64,000 nucleotides of DNA from Trypanosoma brucei (Eukaryota). Location of the stretch: NCBI GenBank assembly GCA_000002445.1, contig CP000071.1, forward strand, positions 736,001 through 800,000, written 5' to 3'. Positions 22,547 through 34,026 of the stretch are shown in pieces; within the stretch, counting starts at the first letter, position 1, and every line of letters starts with the position of its first letter. Under the pieces are notes generated by a model. The model was not told the origin of the DNA. It did no database searches and saw nothing but the letters and a program-made list of their open reading frames with translations. Made by a program: the position numbers and the translations under genes.

Positions 22547-25500
22547 ATGCCGAACCATGGAAAGAGTAAGGCAAAAGGGACGGAAGAAAAGAAAGCTCGC
22601 CGCCGCAACAGTGCGGTTGCAAAGGACGATAGCGCCAACAATGTCCGGAGCGACCGTAAGGTGAATGATTCAGTCAAGTCGGCTCCAGCACCGGAGCAGC
22701 GCTTGCAGTTGTCCCTTGACCGTTCTGTATTTAGTTCGTCACAATTCTCCGCCCCGACGTTCGTTAACAACATCACAAATAGAGTTTTGTTTCCCCTGCT
22801 TATGTCCCGCGGCTGGAAAGAAGAAACCGCGGGGGGGATGAAGCGTTTCACCGAGAACGGTGTGGTTGGAAGTACCACCACCCGAGCTGATGCAGAAGCA
22901 GGGCAAGCGCATGGTGAGGAGGGGAGCACCGGGAGTGACCGGGGAGCTGTCGCCACTAGTCTTACGACAACTATTGCGGCCGCTCTCCGCGAAATCGAGA
23001 AAATGCAGGAAACTGAGGAGCAATCGCTCCAACTCCACGAAGTTCGTTGCCGTCGTTTGGAGATTAGGGAGAAACGAAAACTCGCTACAGTACGGCTGGG
23101 ACTAGAGGATACAACAGCGCGGCTGCACGACTACGAGTCGCGTGTGTGCAACGCCGCTGCTGCAATCGCGGGTATTGAGCAACACCTCGCCCAATCGAAC
23201 GCCCGAGTGCTTCGCGGCCGATCGGTTTCTGTCCTTCTAAATCACTTCCGTATGCTTACAGCAATACAAAAGAAGGACCTGACCAGCGCACTTAAGGGTC
23301 TGAAAAAGGCTCGGGCAGAGCAGAGAGAGAAAATAACCGCACAGTGGAAGACGTGTAGTGTATTGCCGGCAGAGACCGTTTACTTCGACTGGGATATAGA
23401 TGCCAGTGCTAGAAGAGGCGATGGGGTTGGGATTTGTAGTGACTATGAAAACGGCGTGAAGGACCGTACAATGCGTGATACCTACGAAGGCGAGAGTAGG
23501 CTGTCAAGTAGGAGGCACCACACGAGCATCAGCTCCCGTGTGCACGGTCAGTCGGGCGGCACGTCGCGTGAAGGCCTTCACCATCTTGAGGAGGCGGCGA
23601 TCGCCGCAGGTCTTGACCGTGCTTTTGTTGTGAGGAGTTCTACAGAAGCACAAGTGGAGTGGTGTCAGAGGCTACTGCATTTGCGTGGGGAGCTCGATGG
23701 GATTGTGAAAAATACGGCGAATGTGGATGTATACGTGAACTGGCTAAGGGAAGAACTGATGAATGATATCTTCCACCTTGTGGAGTGCTTCAATGGTGTT
23801 CATGGCGAGCTTGCTGAAATCGCAGCACAGGACCCATATGGTCGAACACTGCTTCGCACGATGGAGTTCGTATCCCGCCTGTACACTACCATCACAACCT
23901 CGCATGACGCATTGTTGTTGGATTTCTACAGCCATACTATCAGTCAAATGTGTTCTTCACTCTTTAAAGATTACTCCCCCGAGCCGCTGCGGGTTGTGCC
24001 GACATTTGAAAAGGCTAAAAAAGGATCTAGCAGTTCGAAGGCTTCGCAGGAACCCGTAAATCAGGCCAACACGGCTATGCAACACTACCGGACATCGTTG
24101 GAAGGGTGCCTTCGTGGTGCATTTAGCTTTTTTGTATCTCGTGCGCGGCGGGATGTTATCATCGTAGAAGCGATATTCGGTACAACATACACAGCGAGGC
24201 ACCATCTGCTAACACAAATGACGAAGGGTGTTGTAGAACCCTTCCTTGTGAACCAGATGAAGCTCGCTGAGGATCACGAACGGGAAATAAGGGAGGCAGA
24301 GTCTAGACTTTCTCCAAGATCCAGGAACCGTGCGGCAGCGCAAATGGTCGATGCGATTACATACAAGCACACCGTGCAAACAGAACTGTTTGTGTTGTTC
24401 CAAGAGTACGTGCAAGAGATTCGGCGCACATTCACCTGCGGCGAGGCAGATTTCCTCGACAAGTATGTGGACTCACTGTTTGGTACGAGTCGGGCTAGCT
24501 ACTCAGAAGCCGAATTGTTACGTCGCCACTATTCATTACTGGAGGAGTCATATGCACCGAAGCTTCGCAACGTCAGTGGGGAGGTCTTTGACCTCCGCAG
24601 CGAGCACATGCAAATGACGAAGGAGTTAGTTCAGTGTTTTGTTGAACTTTCAAATCGGATACGGATTTACGCGCGACCAGAAGACGTTAGGGAAAGAATG
24701 GTTGAGCTTGTGGAAACTACATTGCAGCAACTGGGGAGGGTGCTGGAAGCAGAACTCCGCAAAACTGTTGATTTTATGAGAAATAGTCGTGATACTTGGC
24801 GATCAAAGCCAAAGAACGAGGAAGACATATTACGTAATATCGATAGCGAGCCCCAGCAGTGTGGATTGCGCATGTTACTGTTCGCTCAGTCCACGATGAT
24901 TAGCCTAGACGACGCTATAGCAGCAAGTTGTGACCATCTGTTACAACATGAACCACAGTTTGTTACCACCATCGAGGCGAAGAAGGTGGCTGCCTTCCAG
25001 GCTCTTGACGAAAGAGCGGAGTTGCTGCTGAATTTCTGTGCACATGCCATTGTGGTACGCTCCCTTTCTATACTACTTCACTTCCAGCATCGGAATGACT
25101 ACGTCCCTAAAGTAGCGAAAGGAGGAGAAGGCGAGGTGATCGCACCACCGTGTACGGGAGCCTGCTCACTTTTTTGCAAATATGTCGCACAAGAGTTTGA
25201 AAGGGCAAAGGAGTTCATCAAAATGTCAGGGGGGTTGGCATCGCACCGAAACACGTCGCCACAAGCTCCTGCCGCCGAACAACTCCCCCCATCGAGCCAG
25301 TTCTTTTCGTCAGGCTCGATGCCTTCCGGTCAGCATATGTGGTCACAGAACTATTGCCTATACAGCAGCGGCGTATGCAGCAGTGGCAATATGGGTAGCG
25401 CCCTCGGACCAACGGCCCAAATAGATTCTCCGGATGGCGCGCGGCAGCGTGCTCGGCAGATGAACTTACAGCAGTTGCTGTACGGCGATGGGGGCGCTTC

Positions 25501-25843
25501 TTCTTTTGTCCGCACCGTTGGGGTGTGTCTCTATCGTGGTATCAGCATCCATCTAAAAGGCTTTTCTGTGTCAGACCGTGGGGCTCTTGTTTACAAGCGG
25601 GATGTGACAGCTTATGTGGAGGCGATGGCGCCGCTCACGCGGGTACCAGGTCTTGATGGAGCGGTCATTGATGTTCTTTTCCGACTGTTAAAGGAAACAG
25701 CGAGCCTGTTAATTATGCCTCCGGATCACATTAAAGGAGTGTGGGACACAGGCTTGTTGAGGCTTTTGAGTCATGATGAGAAGGTTCAATTCGTTAAGAT
25801 GAGGGTGGATCTGCACGACAAGTTTCGTGATGTTGTGAAGTGA
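22547..25843 (+). CDS. Large hypothetical protein (~1100 aa) with predicted coiled-coil segments
   Basis: This is a long GC-rich ORF. The track start at 22370 is a GTG. In-frame ATGs lie at 22502, inside a TA-rich stretch, and at 22547 (MPNHGK...). No domain was recognised. Confidence 0.6.
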   Translation: MPNHGKSKAKGTEEKKARRRNSAVAKDDSANNVRSDRKVNDSVKSAPAPEQRLQLSLDRSVFSSSQFSAPTFVNNITNRVLFPLLMSRGWKEETAGGMKRFTENGVVGSTTTRADAEAGQAHGEEGSTGSDRGAVATSLTTTIAAALREIEKMQETEEQSLQLHEVRCRRLEIREKRKLATVRLGLEDTTARLHDYESRVCNAAAAIAGIEQHLAQSNARVLRGRSVSVLLNHFRMLTAIQKKDLTSALKGLKKARAEQREKITAQWKTCSVLPAETVYFDWDIDASARRGDGVGICSDYENGVKDRTMRDTYEGESRLSSRRHHTSISSRVHGQSGGTSREGLHHLEEAAIAAGLDRAFVVRSSTEAQVEWCQRLLHLRGELDGIVKNTANVDVYVNWLREELMNDIFHLVECFNGVHGELAEIAAQDPYGRTLLRTMEFVSRLYTTITTSHDALLLDFYSHTISQMCSSLFKDYSPEPLRVVPTFEKAKKGSSSSKASQEPVNQANTAMQHYRTSLEGCLRGAFSFFVSRARRDVIIVEAIFGTTYTARHHLLTQMTKGVVEPFLVNQMKLAEDHEREIREAESRLSPRSRNRAAAQMVDAITYKHTVQTELFVLFQEYVQEIRRTFTCGEADFLDKYVDSLFGTSRASYSEAELLRRHYSLLEESYAPKLRNVSGEVFDLRSEHMQMTKELVQCFVELSNRIRIYARPEDVRERMVELVETTLQQLGRVLEAELRKTVDFMRNSRDTWRSKPKNEEDILRNIDSEPQQCGLRMLLFAQSTMISLDDAIAASCDHLLQHEPQFVTTIEAKKVAAFQALDERAELLLNFCAHAIVVRSLSILLHFQHRNDYVPKVAKGGEGEVIAPPCTGACSLFCKYVAQEFERAKEFIKMSGGLASHRNTSPQAPAAEQLPPSSQFFSSGSMPSGQHMWSQNYCLYSSGVCSSGNMGSALGPTAQIDSPDGARQRARQMNLQQLLYGDGGASSFVRTVGVCLYRGISIHLKGFSVSDRGALVYKRDVTAYVEAMAPLTRVPGLDGAVIDVLFRLLKETASLLIMPPDHIKGVWDTGLLRLLSHDEKVQFVKMRVDLHDKFRDVVK

Positions 25844-26346
25844 AAACTGTGCTTCATCTCAACGAGGAGCAAAGACTGACAGGATGATGCAGTAGGCGAG
25901 AGGGGAGATATACAGATGTATGAGCAGGACTCGGGGTTCCTTCTTTTCGTTGCTGGTGGCCTTTTAGTCGTCTTTTAAGTGCGTGGTTATACACTCACAT
26001 GGGAAGGGGGGGAGAATGACCCTTCGATCTTGTGGTTTGCCCCTCTGATAAACATACGTGACTCAGCTGCTGCACATGAAAGTCGTCATGTTTTTGTTGT
26101 TCTGAATTGCTTGTAAACTCATTTACATTTGCTTTATCCTTACCGGATCTACGTATGGTCTTGCGCCAAAACATACACACATACCTATTTTCACTATATG
26201 CGTGTAAAGCGAAGCCAACACCGTCGGTCTTCCGTTGCTCTCTTTTTGGATCGCTGCGTTCCATTAGCAACCGCTCAGTCGCCAAGAGATCGCTCTCGCT
26301 CTTCACCTACATCCACTTGTTTGTTAGGTATCAATTCTCTCATATA

Positions 26347-26366
26347 CATATATATATATATATATA
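26347..26366. repeat. (TA)n microsatellite
   Basis: The run is atatatatatatatatatata. Confidence 0.85.
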
Positions 26367-26448
26367 AACGCCTGTTTAACACCTTCCGTAGTTCTACTAG
26401 ACAATACGAAGCACCTCTTTATCGTGTAGGCTGAGCGGCCCGACTCTC

Positions 26449-28086
26449 ATGGCGGTGTCGGGATCGGAGTCAGGGACGTCCGAAGGAAAGTTGAGTATTA
26501 GTTCAGGGACATCAAGCCACAATTCGTTTTCTTCCTCCTCTTCACCCTCCACAGAGGGAGGAATACAAGCGGATGAGCCAGCAGCGGAGACTGGCACGAG
26601 CAGTAAGAGCTCAGCTGCAGGTGTCAGCCCGGCGGCCGATTGCACAAATGGGCTGGAAGCAGAATATGCTTTACGGCGTATAAGCGTCGGGTCACACAAG
26701 AAAATAGATGCAGGCGAAGCGGAGATGCACGGCAAAGGCGAGAACCAAGTTGGAGGAAGTAATCAGCTTTTGAAAGATTCACCATGTGTGCATGTCAGTA
26801 GGAGGGCAGAAGAACCAAAAGTGCAGGGGGGACAACCGCGTGGACGGAGAGAAAAGCAACAGGGCCCCACCAATGAAAACACGAACTCTGGCCCCGGGTC
26901 AGCCGACGCTGCATCGCGGCTACGGTTCCTTGAAGAAATGTTGCTTCACATGACCGCTCTAAACAAGGAGCTAGAAATGGATCTCACGAAAACGAAGAAG
27001 GAGCTTCGGGAATACAAACAAGCCTTTCAACGGTCGCACTCTCGTACAGCTTACGAAACACCTACTCAGTCAGTGAATGCACGAAACGTTGACTCGGAGT
27101 GGGGGGAGATACGCAGCAGGGATGCATTGTATCCGGTGGCACGCACGAGGGAGGCGCAGCGACGGCAATGTCATGTGGATCCGCATTCGGACATTAGGGG
27201 CAGTCGGGCCGCATCGTCAAGACCATCTGCCCACCGCCGGGCGGGGGCTGACGGGCGCTTAGAGAAAAGGATTTCATCTAGTGCATTTGGTACGTGCCCA
27301 CCGAAGGGAGTAGGATCAACTCGGGTTACCAAAGAAGCAGTTTCTGGTCGGGAACTGAGTCGTGGTAGGAGTGGGGCTGTAAATGGCTTGCTTCGTCACC
27401 CCTCCGCACAACGGAGGTACTCCACGGCTCCGACAGTTGAGGCCCGACCATCAGGAGTGATGTCACGCGGGGAACATTCGCGGCAGTGCGGCCAAGTTCG
27501 CGACTACTCTCAAGATTGCAGAGATGCCCATGGTAGGAAGTCCGAGCCGCGCCGCGAGAACTCTGGGCCCTGCGCGGGTCGCCGAAAAAGCAGGTCACCA
27601 CAACCAATCCAAAGGGATCCTTCGAATCACAGAAAAGCTCCGCGGAGGAGCCCAGGATCCGCTCCACAACCACCATCAGGCACTCAGACAGTAAAACTGC
27701 GGGGAGCGAGGCCCACAGGGTCAGTGGCAGGACCCTGCAGTAGAAGCAGGTCGGCACCGAAGCAGAGCACCGAAGTTGTTAGCATACCGGCGCCTTTGCC
27801 AAGGAATCATAGAAACGCATCAGCGACGGCTACAGTTGCACCAGGTCGAGGTCGGTCGTCCAGGAACTTTTCCCATGCAGTAGCAACGGCAGGTAAACCG
27901 ACCAGCAAGCACGCGGCCAGTGGTAGAGCCGTTCCCCGTTCTGTGGAAAGCACTCTAACTCAGACTCAGACCGTAACTCCTGCCCCAGAAGGTAATATAG
28001 AGGATGTAGCGGCGCTTCAGCGGCGGTATTGGCAGCAATCACGAGACATCTTAGAGCAGCTTAACCGGTTGCTGGAAGAAGATTAA
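26449..28086 (+). CDS. Hypothetical basic Ser/Arg/Pro-rich low-complexity protein with an N-terminal coiled-coil
   Basis: It has an ATG start. A coiled-coil segment (LRFLEEMLLHMTALNKELEMDLTKTKKELREYKQAFQR) is followed by a long S/R/P/G-rich disordered region. The protein is 545 aa. Confidence 0.5.
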   Translation: MAVSGSESGTSEGKLSISSGTSSHNSFSSSSSPSTEGGIQADEPAAETGTSSKSSAAGVSPAADCTNGLEAEYALRRISVGSHKKIDAGEAEMHGKGENQVGGSNQLLKDSPCVHVSRRAEEPKVQGGQPRGRREKQQGPTNENTNSGPGSADAASRLRFLEEMLLHMTALNKELEMDLTKTKKELREYKQAFQRSHSRTAYETPTQSVNARNVDSEWGEIRSRDALYPVARTREAQRRQCHVDPHSDIRGSRAASSRPSAHRRAGADGRLEKRISSSAFGTCPPKGVGSTRVTKEAVSGRELSRGRSGAVNGLLRHPSAQRRYSTAPTVEARPSGVMSRGEHSRQCGQVRDYSQDCRDAHGRKSEPRRENSGPCAGRRKSRSPQPIQRDPSNHRKAPRRSPGSAPQPPSGTQTVKLRGARPTGSVAGPCSRSRSAPKQSTEVVSIPAPLPRNHRNASATATVAPGRGRSSRNFSHAVATAGKPTSKHAASGRAVPRSVESTLTQTQTVTPAPEGNIEDVAALQRRYWQQSRDILEQLNRLLEED

Positions 28087-28946
28087 GCGACGTGCGGTAC
28101 CAGTCTCTGGTTCTATCCTCTACGCTCATTCCTTCTTCATCTGAGCTATGTTTGGCCTCCTTTTGTTCGTAGTTGTTAGAGCTTTCAGAAGGGTTCGTGT
28201 TGTCGTATTTGGGGTGAGTCGTAACCAGCCGGGTTTCTAGCGGGACTGCACGCAAAAATAGTGAGTTAAGTCAACAAAAACGTATTTATAGTGCGCATGG
28301 ATCAGCGTTCGAGCGTGCGTTTGTATGTGCGCACTTGTGAGATGTTTTTATCCCGCCGCTCTTGGAGAGCGGAGGTGCAAAAGGAAAAAGGTGGCGAAAA
28401 ATAATAATGCATTGTTGAGTGGGGAGTTAGAAAGAAGAAGAGTTGAGGAGCGTTGGGATGGAATTGTTTGAGGGGCCGTGATCCTTAACATAAAAAAAGC
28501 GGGAGAGTTTGCATCTAAAAGAACAGATAAGTGTGGGACCCTTGTTGCTTCGAGGGGGAAGAAGGGTGACTCTGCTGTTGCTGCAGAAGGGGTCAAGTAG
28601 ACCTCTGGGGGGTTTGGTTTTGCAGCGACTCTAAGTAAGAGGTATGGTCTCCGAATTTTTTTTTCATAACTGAGAGGAGCCGAAAAGCGGCTTTCATGAG
28701 ATAAAGCGTCCCAGTCACGCTGCCACTACCCGACACGCCCCCGTTGGGCTTCTTTGTATGTGTCTTCTCATTGCGTTGTTGAGATCATTTTCCGCTCCCT
28801 TTGACAAATACCCGTGCGTAAGTACGAATACGCATATTTCATGATTTTTTTTCCTTCTCCACTTCACTTCACCTTCGCGGCCACCCAAACAACAACATTC
28901 CACTTGATTGTTCCTGTCTCTTATCGTACACATGGAAGGCTGAAGA

Positions 28947-30887
28947 ATGGGCATGAAGCTGCAGCAACCACATCAGGCACGTAGCGGCGGAGAAAAGAGC
29001 ATGGGCAGAAACGAAGAGCTGAGGAAAAAGACGGAAGAGCTTGTACGGCAGCGTACCGCTGAGCTCCGAGAAGCAAGGACCCGCGAAGAAAAGCAGCAGC
29101 TGCGCGGCCGCTGGGTGACGGATGCAGACGCATTGGGAAATGCTGAAGCGCGTAAACGCGAACAGTTTCAGCGAAGCGCCCCGAAGCGTGCAGCGCGTGT
29201 GAATCTTTTCGGGAAACTAGAGAACACAAACACAGGACTGGAGCTGGAGGAGCGAGAGGTGTCGGACCGCGTCACGCAGGATGATGTGGTCGCTGCTGTC
29301 GACCTACAATCCAAAAGCAAGAAGTATGAACTGGTACTGGACAAACTGGGCCCATACAAACTGGACTTCAGCGCAAATGGAACACATTTGCTGCTCGCTG
29401 GTCTACGCGGTCACATGGCGAATATCCGCTGGAAGGATTTTGCTCTTAATGGTGAAACACAACTAAAGGACCGCATTGACGACGCTAAGTTTCTCATTGA
29501 CCATACCATAACCGCGGTAGCTCAAAAGAAGTTTGTTTACATGTACACAAAAGAGGGAGCGGAGATGCATGTTCTCCCTAGTATGGCAAATATGAATCGT
29601 CTGGCATACCTGCCGCGTCATCTGTTGCTATGCGCTGCGTCCACACAGTATAGTGTTATGCAATATATGGACATCAGCACGGGGCAAGAACTAGGAACCA
29701 AGGTTCCTTCGGTTGTGCGGGATCCCACTTCCTGCATGGCCGTCAACCCAAGTAACGGTGTCGTGGCCACTTGCGACCTCCGTGGTCTGGTAAAACTATG
29801 GTCGCCTAGTGTTGTGGATCCCTTAGTGCAGCTGAAGGGCCACAAGGGCGTCATCGATGATATCTGCTTTCACCCAAACGGCCGCTTCTTCGTTACTCTT
29901 GGCGGCGATCATAAATTCAAAGTGTGGGACTGCCGCACATTACGTGCTCTAGAGGAATACGCCGTTACGTACGCGTTCAACACCATCGACGTCTCTAGCT
30001 CGGGGTATGTGGCGATGGGTGGTGGCACCAACGTGCAAATTTGGAAGGACCTTTTCACTGCCTCCCGCCCTAACTCCCCGTATTTGAAATTTGGTCTCGG
30101 TTACGGCAACATCGCTCAGCAGCTACGGTTCTGCCCGTTCGAGGACGTAATTGGTGTGGGTCACTCACGTGGCTTCCATTCACTTCTTATCCCGGGTGCT
30201 GGTGACGCAAATCCTGACTTCTTCTATGCAAACCCGCACGAGACAGAGCGCCATCGAAAGGAGAGAGTTGTTTCGACGCTGTTGGATAAGTTGCCGCCCG
30301 ATATGATATCGCTTGACATCCAGGTCCCAGGAGTGAATACCGCACGGCTCGCAGAGTATAACGAGAACATCCGACTTAACAAAAAGGCGCGTGCCATCCG
30401 TGAAAAGAAAGAGCGGCGAGCAGATAAGTCGCTCGGGGATGCAGCTCCAACCGGACTGCTGGTTGGAAATGATGAAGAGGTTGACGAAGATTTAGGATAC
30501 AAGGAGCGTCCGGTAACAAAAGAACTCAAATCAAAGAAGGAGGTGGCAAAGGAGCGCAAAATGCAGAAATGGGATAAAAAGGATAGTGCGGACAAGGTGC
30601 GCTCAAAGCAAACCATGCGAACTTCGAAAATAGTGCAACAGCGACGGGCCAGGATGCAGCGGCTGAGCGGTGCAATGGGATCGGATGATGAAGAAGAGAA
30701 GAAAGCAGAGCAAAATCGGTTAAAAAGGCATCGCCGCGAGGAGGAGGACGCGGCTGACGACGTACGGGAGTTGTATGGCCGGCGTGACGAAGGTTCCAGT
30801 AAGGCGGTGAACCGCGGGAAGAGTGAAATGACCGTGATGACGCCCTCCGTGAAGAAAAATGCCGCCCTCAGGCGTTTGATGGGGTAG
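28947..30887 (+). CDS. UTP7: WD40-repeat protein with a BING4 C-terminal domain (Utp7/WDR46-like SSU-processome component)
   Basis: WD repeats include LVKLWSP, HKFKVWD and GTNVQIWKD. The C-terminus has the BING4CT signature FGLGYGNIAQQLRFCPFEDVIGVGHSRGFHSLLIPGAGDANPDFF, followed by a basic tail. Confidence 0.8.
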   Translation: MGMKLQQPHQARSGGEKSMGRNEELRKKTEELVRQRTAELREARTREEKQQLRGRWVTDADALGNAEARKREQFQRSAPKRAARVNLFGKLENTNTGLELEEREVSDRVTQDDVVAAVDLQSKSKKYELVLDKLGPYKLDFSANGTHLLLAGLRGHMANIRWKDFALNGETQLKDRIDDAKFLIDHTITAVAQKKFVYMYTKEGAEMHVLPSMANMNRLAYLPRHLLLCAASTQYSVMQYMDISTGQELGTKVPSVVRDPTSCMAVNPSNGVVATCDLRGLVKLWSPSVVDPLVQLKGHKGVIDDICFHPNGRFFVTLGGDHKFKVWDCRTLRALEEYAVTYAFNTIDVSSSGYVAMGGGTNVQIWKDLFTASRPNSPYLKFGLGYGNIAQQLRFCPFEDVIGVGHSRGFHSLLIPGAGDANPDFFYANPHETERHRKERVVSTLLDKLPPDMISLDIQVPGVNTARLAEYNENIRLNKKARAIREKKERRADKSLGDAAPTGLLVGNDEEVDEDLGYKERPVTKELKSKKEVAKERKMQKWDKKDSADKVRSKQTMRTSKIVQQRRARMQRLSGAMGSDDEEEKKAEQNRLKRHRREEEDAADDVRELYGRRDEGSSKAVNRGKSEMTVMTPSVKKNAALRRLMG

Positions 30888-31570
30888 GGAACATGCTGAC
30901 GGCTTATCAAATTATCGGGGACGTGGTTTTGGTCCCAACACTCAAGCTCGCGTTGGTCAGTGACGTGAGAATTCTCGGGTTAGTCTTCGCGGAGCAGACG
31001 GCTTTATGTGGGGGCACCAGGTGGCGAAGTCGAAAATGGCGACACACCGAAAGAAAGAAGGTGACCAAAAGAAGTTTTCTGGACGGTTAAGGCACGATGC
31101 ACTTTTAAAAGGTAAGCGCACAATTGTATGCCAGTCAATCATTAAAATATTTAAGTTGATGGATGACATTAAGCCCAAACTCGTTTCCCCCTTTTGCAGA
31201 AAAATATGTCGATTCGACTGTCATAAAGCTAGTGGGGGTTCGGTTTGTGAGCCTCTCAAATTCTTCTCTATCACGTTTTCTTTTTTCACGAACAAGGAAT
31301 GAACCAATTCGACAGTAGGTGAACATAAAGTGGCCGCTCGCTCTCCCCTCGCACTACTTCGAGGTGGTGACACAATGGAAACTAATCGCACAAGAATAGC
31401 GAAGGTCACAAGGCCAGGGCAGGTGTGTTAATGACTTCGAGTCGAGGCAGGAAAAAAGAATTGTATTCGTGTTTGAACCTCTTAACGGGGGACCCTTGCT
31501 TCCGGGAGCTGAGACTGCTCGAATAGTTTCCCCCCCCCTCCCCCGCTAACACGTCTCTCTGAACATCCCG

Positions 31571-31626
31571 TTGGTTTTATTATTGTTATTGTTGTTATTT
31601 TTTTACACCCTGCCTCAAGTAAACAG
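31571..31626 (+). promoter_or_regulatory. Polypyrimidine tract plus AG dinucleotides upstream of the MetE gene
   Basis: The tract is ttggttttattattgttattgttgttatttttttacaccctgcctcaagtaaacag. Confidence 0.4.
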
Positions 31627-31680
31627 CGCTCTATCAGAAGTGACCTGTGGCCCTTGTTGCACTCATCGCCCACTGCTGTG

Positions 31681-34026
31681 ATGATGACGACCGCAACGCG
31701 GCGCGCTAAAATTATTACGCATACACTCGGTTTCCCTCGCTTTGGTGTGCAGCGCGAGCTGAAGGGTGCATTGGAAAGCTACTGGAGTGGCGCGGTTACG
31801 GAGGATAATCTGAGGGAAACGGCGAGAGAAGTGAGATTCCGTCACTGGCGGCAACAGATGGAGCGTGGCGTTGACATGATCCCCGTAGGTGACTTCCACT
31901 GGTATGATCACGTTCTCAGCACAAGTCTCATGCTCGACAATGTGCCACCACGGCATCGAACCAGAAACGGTTCCATCAATATCGATACCCTTTTCCGTGT
32001 TGCTCGCGGATACACCTCTAGTGGTAAGTCAGTGGATGCATCTGAAATGACTAAGTGGTTCAACACCAACTACCACTACATCGTGCCGGAGTTTACGTGC
32101 CCTACACAAACCTTCAGTTTCGCTTGGAATCAGCTGATTGAAGAGGTGGAAGAACTGCTAAGTTTATGGGGGCCTTCAAGAACGAAACCCGTTATTTTGG
32201 GCCCCGTTAGTTACGTGTGGTTGGGGAAAGTAAAAGGTTGTGAGTGGTTTGATCGCCGGTCCCTTCTACCTCGCATTGTGCCGGTATACGCGGAGGTGTT
32301 GAGGAAACTTGCCAAGAGCGGGATTCAGTGGGTGCAGTTGGATGAACCCGCGCTAGTGTTGGACCTGGAGCAAGATTGGCTGGATGCATTTGAGGCCACA
32401 TACAAGGAACTGCGCCGACAAGCCGGTAATGTGCCAAAATTGCTGTTGACAACCTATTTCGATAGCGTCGGTCATAACATGGACGTTATTAACTGCTTAG
32501 CGGTGGACGGGCTGCATGTGGATGCCGTTGCGGGTGATGACGATCTCGTAGAGGTGGAAAAGAGGTTGCCCGCCTCATGGGTGCTTTCCGCTGGTGTTAT
32601 TGATGGTCGCAATGTGTGGAAAGCAAACCTTCATCAAATCTACGAGAGGTTGGCAGCCCTTCGTAACGCGGCACCGGCGCGTGCGCTATGGATTGGGACA
32701 TCTTGCTCCCTTCTGCACTCCCCAATTGACGTAGGCTGTGAAGTGGGGATGGACGAAGAAATAAGGAACTTACTGGCGTTTGCTCTGCAGAAATGTGATG
32801 AGATGAACCTTCTTGCTGACGCTCTAAAAACAGAGGAAGGAGGAAGCCATTTGGTGGAGTACAGTTCACTCCTGCACCAACGGGAGGTACCCGGCGGTGC
32901 GATAAATGAGGAGGCACGAAAGCTTGCATCGGAGCTGAACGCCAAAGATACCGAACGGTCGCTTCCCTACTCAAAACGTGTTGAAGTGCAGCGAAGCTTA
33001 ATAAAGCTTCCATTGATTCCGACAACTACGATTGGCTCTTTTCCACGCACATCCGAGATACGCAGCCAGCGTTTGTCATTCAAAACCGGTCTAGTTGATG
33101 AAGCGACATACAAGCAGCAGATGAAAGATAACATTAAACACATAGTGGCTGAGCAAGAGGCGATCGGCCTGGATGTATTAGTTCATGGTGAACCGGAGCG
33201 CAATGACATGGTTGAATATTTCGCGGAACTCCTGAGTGGCTTTGTTTCTACGGCGAATGGCTGGATTCAAAGTTACGGCTCTCGGTGCGTAAAGCCACCC
33301 ATCATATACGGTAACGTGAGTCGACCTACTGCAATGACACTGGAGTGGCTGACGTACGCACAGTCTCTCACACAAAAGCCAGTGAAGGGCATATTAACGG
33401 GTCCAGTAACGATCCTTAGCTGGTCGTTTGTCCGAGAAGACCTGCCAAGAAGGGAAGTTGCACGTCAGGTTGCACTGGCATTACGTGAAGAAGTTGATGA
33501 CCTTCAGAATGCGGGTATACGTCTGATCCAAGTGGATGAGCCCGCTCTGCGTGAAGGACTGCCGTTACAAAGAAGAAAGCAGCAGGAGTACCTAAAGTGG
33601 GCCACTGAGGTGTTTAAGCTTGTTGTGGCGGTCGCACGACCGGAAATACAAATACACACTCATATTTGCTACAGTGAAATACACGATATTGCTGGGGCCA
33701 TCGCGGCAATGGATGCCGATGTTATTTACTTTGAGGCCACGCGCTCCGACATGGAACTACTGAGGGTATTTGATTCTTTCACATACCTCAACGGAGTGGG
33801 GCTCGGTGTGTATGACGTCCACAGTCCAAATGTTCCCAGTGTGGAGACGATTGTGCAGCGACTGGAAGCATCTGCTGAGCGGATTCCACTCGAGCGGTTG
33901 TGGGTAAATCCTGACTGTGGACTGAAAACACGCGGGTGGAAGGAGACGGGGGTAGCGTTACGTAACATGGTGGAAGCGACTAGGCAGTTCCGTGAACGAG
34001 TGAAGCGGCACTTTACTGTGCACTAG
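31681..34026 (+). CDS. metE: 5-methyltetrahydropteroyltriglutamate--homocysteine S-methyltransferase (cobalamin-independent methionine synthase)
   Basis: The N-terminus has HTLGFPRFGVQRELK. The C-terminal zinc site is marked by HTHICYSEIHDI and VNPDCGLKTR. The length of ~780 aa and the two-barrel architecture fit MetE. The track start at 31654 is a TTG; the ATG is at 31681. Confidence 0.9.
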   Translation: MMTTATRRAKIITHTLGFPRFGVQRELKGALESYWSGAVTEDNLRETAREVRFRHWRQQMERGVDMIPVGDFHWYDHVLSTSLMLDNVPPRHRTRNGSINIDTLFRVARGYTSSGKSVDASEMTKWFNTNYHYIVPEFTCPTQTFSFAWNQLIEEVEELLSLWGPSRTKPVILGPVSYVWLGKVKGCEWFDRRSLLPRIVPVYAEVLRKLAKSGIQWVQLDEPALVLDLEQDWLDAFEATYKELRRQAGNVPKLLLTTYFDSVGHNMDVINCLAVDGLHVDAVAGDDDLVEVEKRLPASWVLSAGVIDGRNVWKANLHQIYERLAALRNAAPARALWIGTSCSLLHSPIDVGCEVGMDEEIRNLLAFALQKCDEMNLLADALKTEEGGSHLVEYSSLLHQREVPGGAINEEARKLASELNAKDTERSLPYSKRVEVQRSLIKLPLIPTTTIGSFPRTSEIRSQRLSFKTGLVDEATYKQQMKDNIKHIVAEQEAIGLDVLVHGEPERNDMVEYFAELLSGFVSTANGWIQSYGSRCVKPPIIYGNVSRPTAMTLEWLTYAQSLTQKPVKGILTGPVTILSWSFVREDLPRREVARQVALALREEVDDLQNAGIRLIQVDEPALREGLPLQRRKQQEYLKWATEVFKLVVAVARPEIQIHTHICYSEIHDIAGAIAAMDADVIYFEATRSDMELLRVFDSFTYLNGVGLGVYDVHSPNVPSVETIVQRLEASAERIPLERLWVNPDCGLKTRGWKETGVALRNMVEATRQFRERVKRHFTVH

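Noticed and set aside
31112-31198. A GGTAAG...polyY...CAG pattern resembling an 87-nt cis-intron.
   Set aside because: The trypanosomatid cis-splice donor is GTATGT. The pattern lies in the intergenic spacer before MetE and is more simply a polypyrimidine-AG trans-splice acceptor. No exon ORFs flank it.
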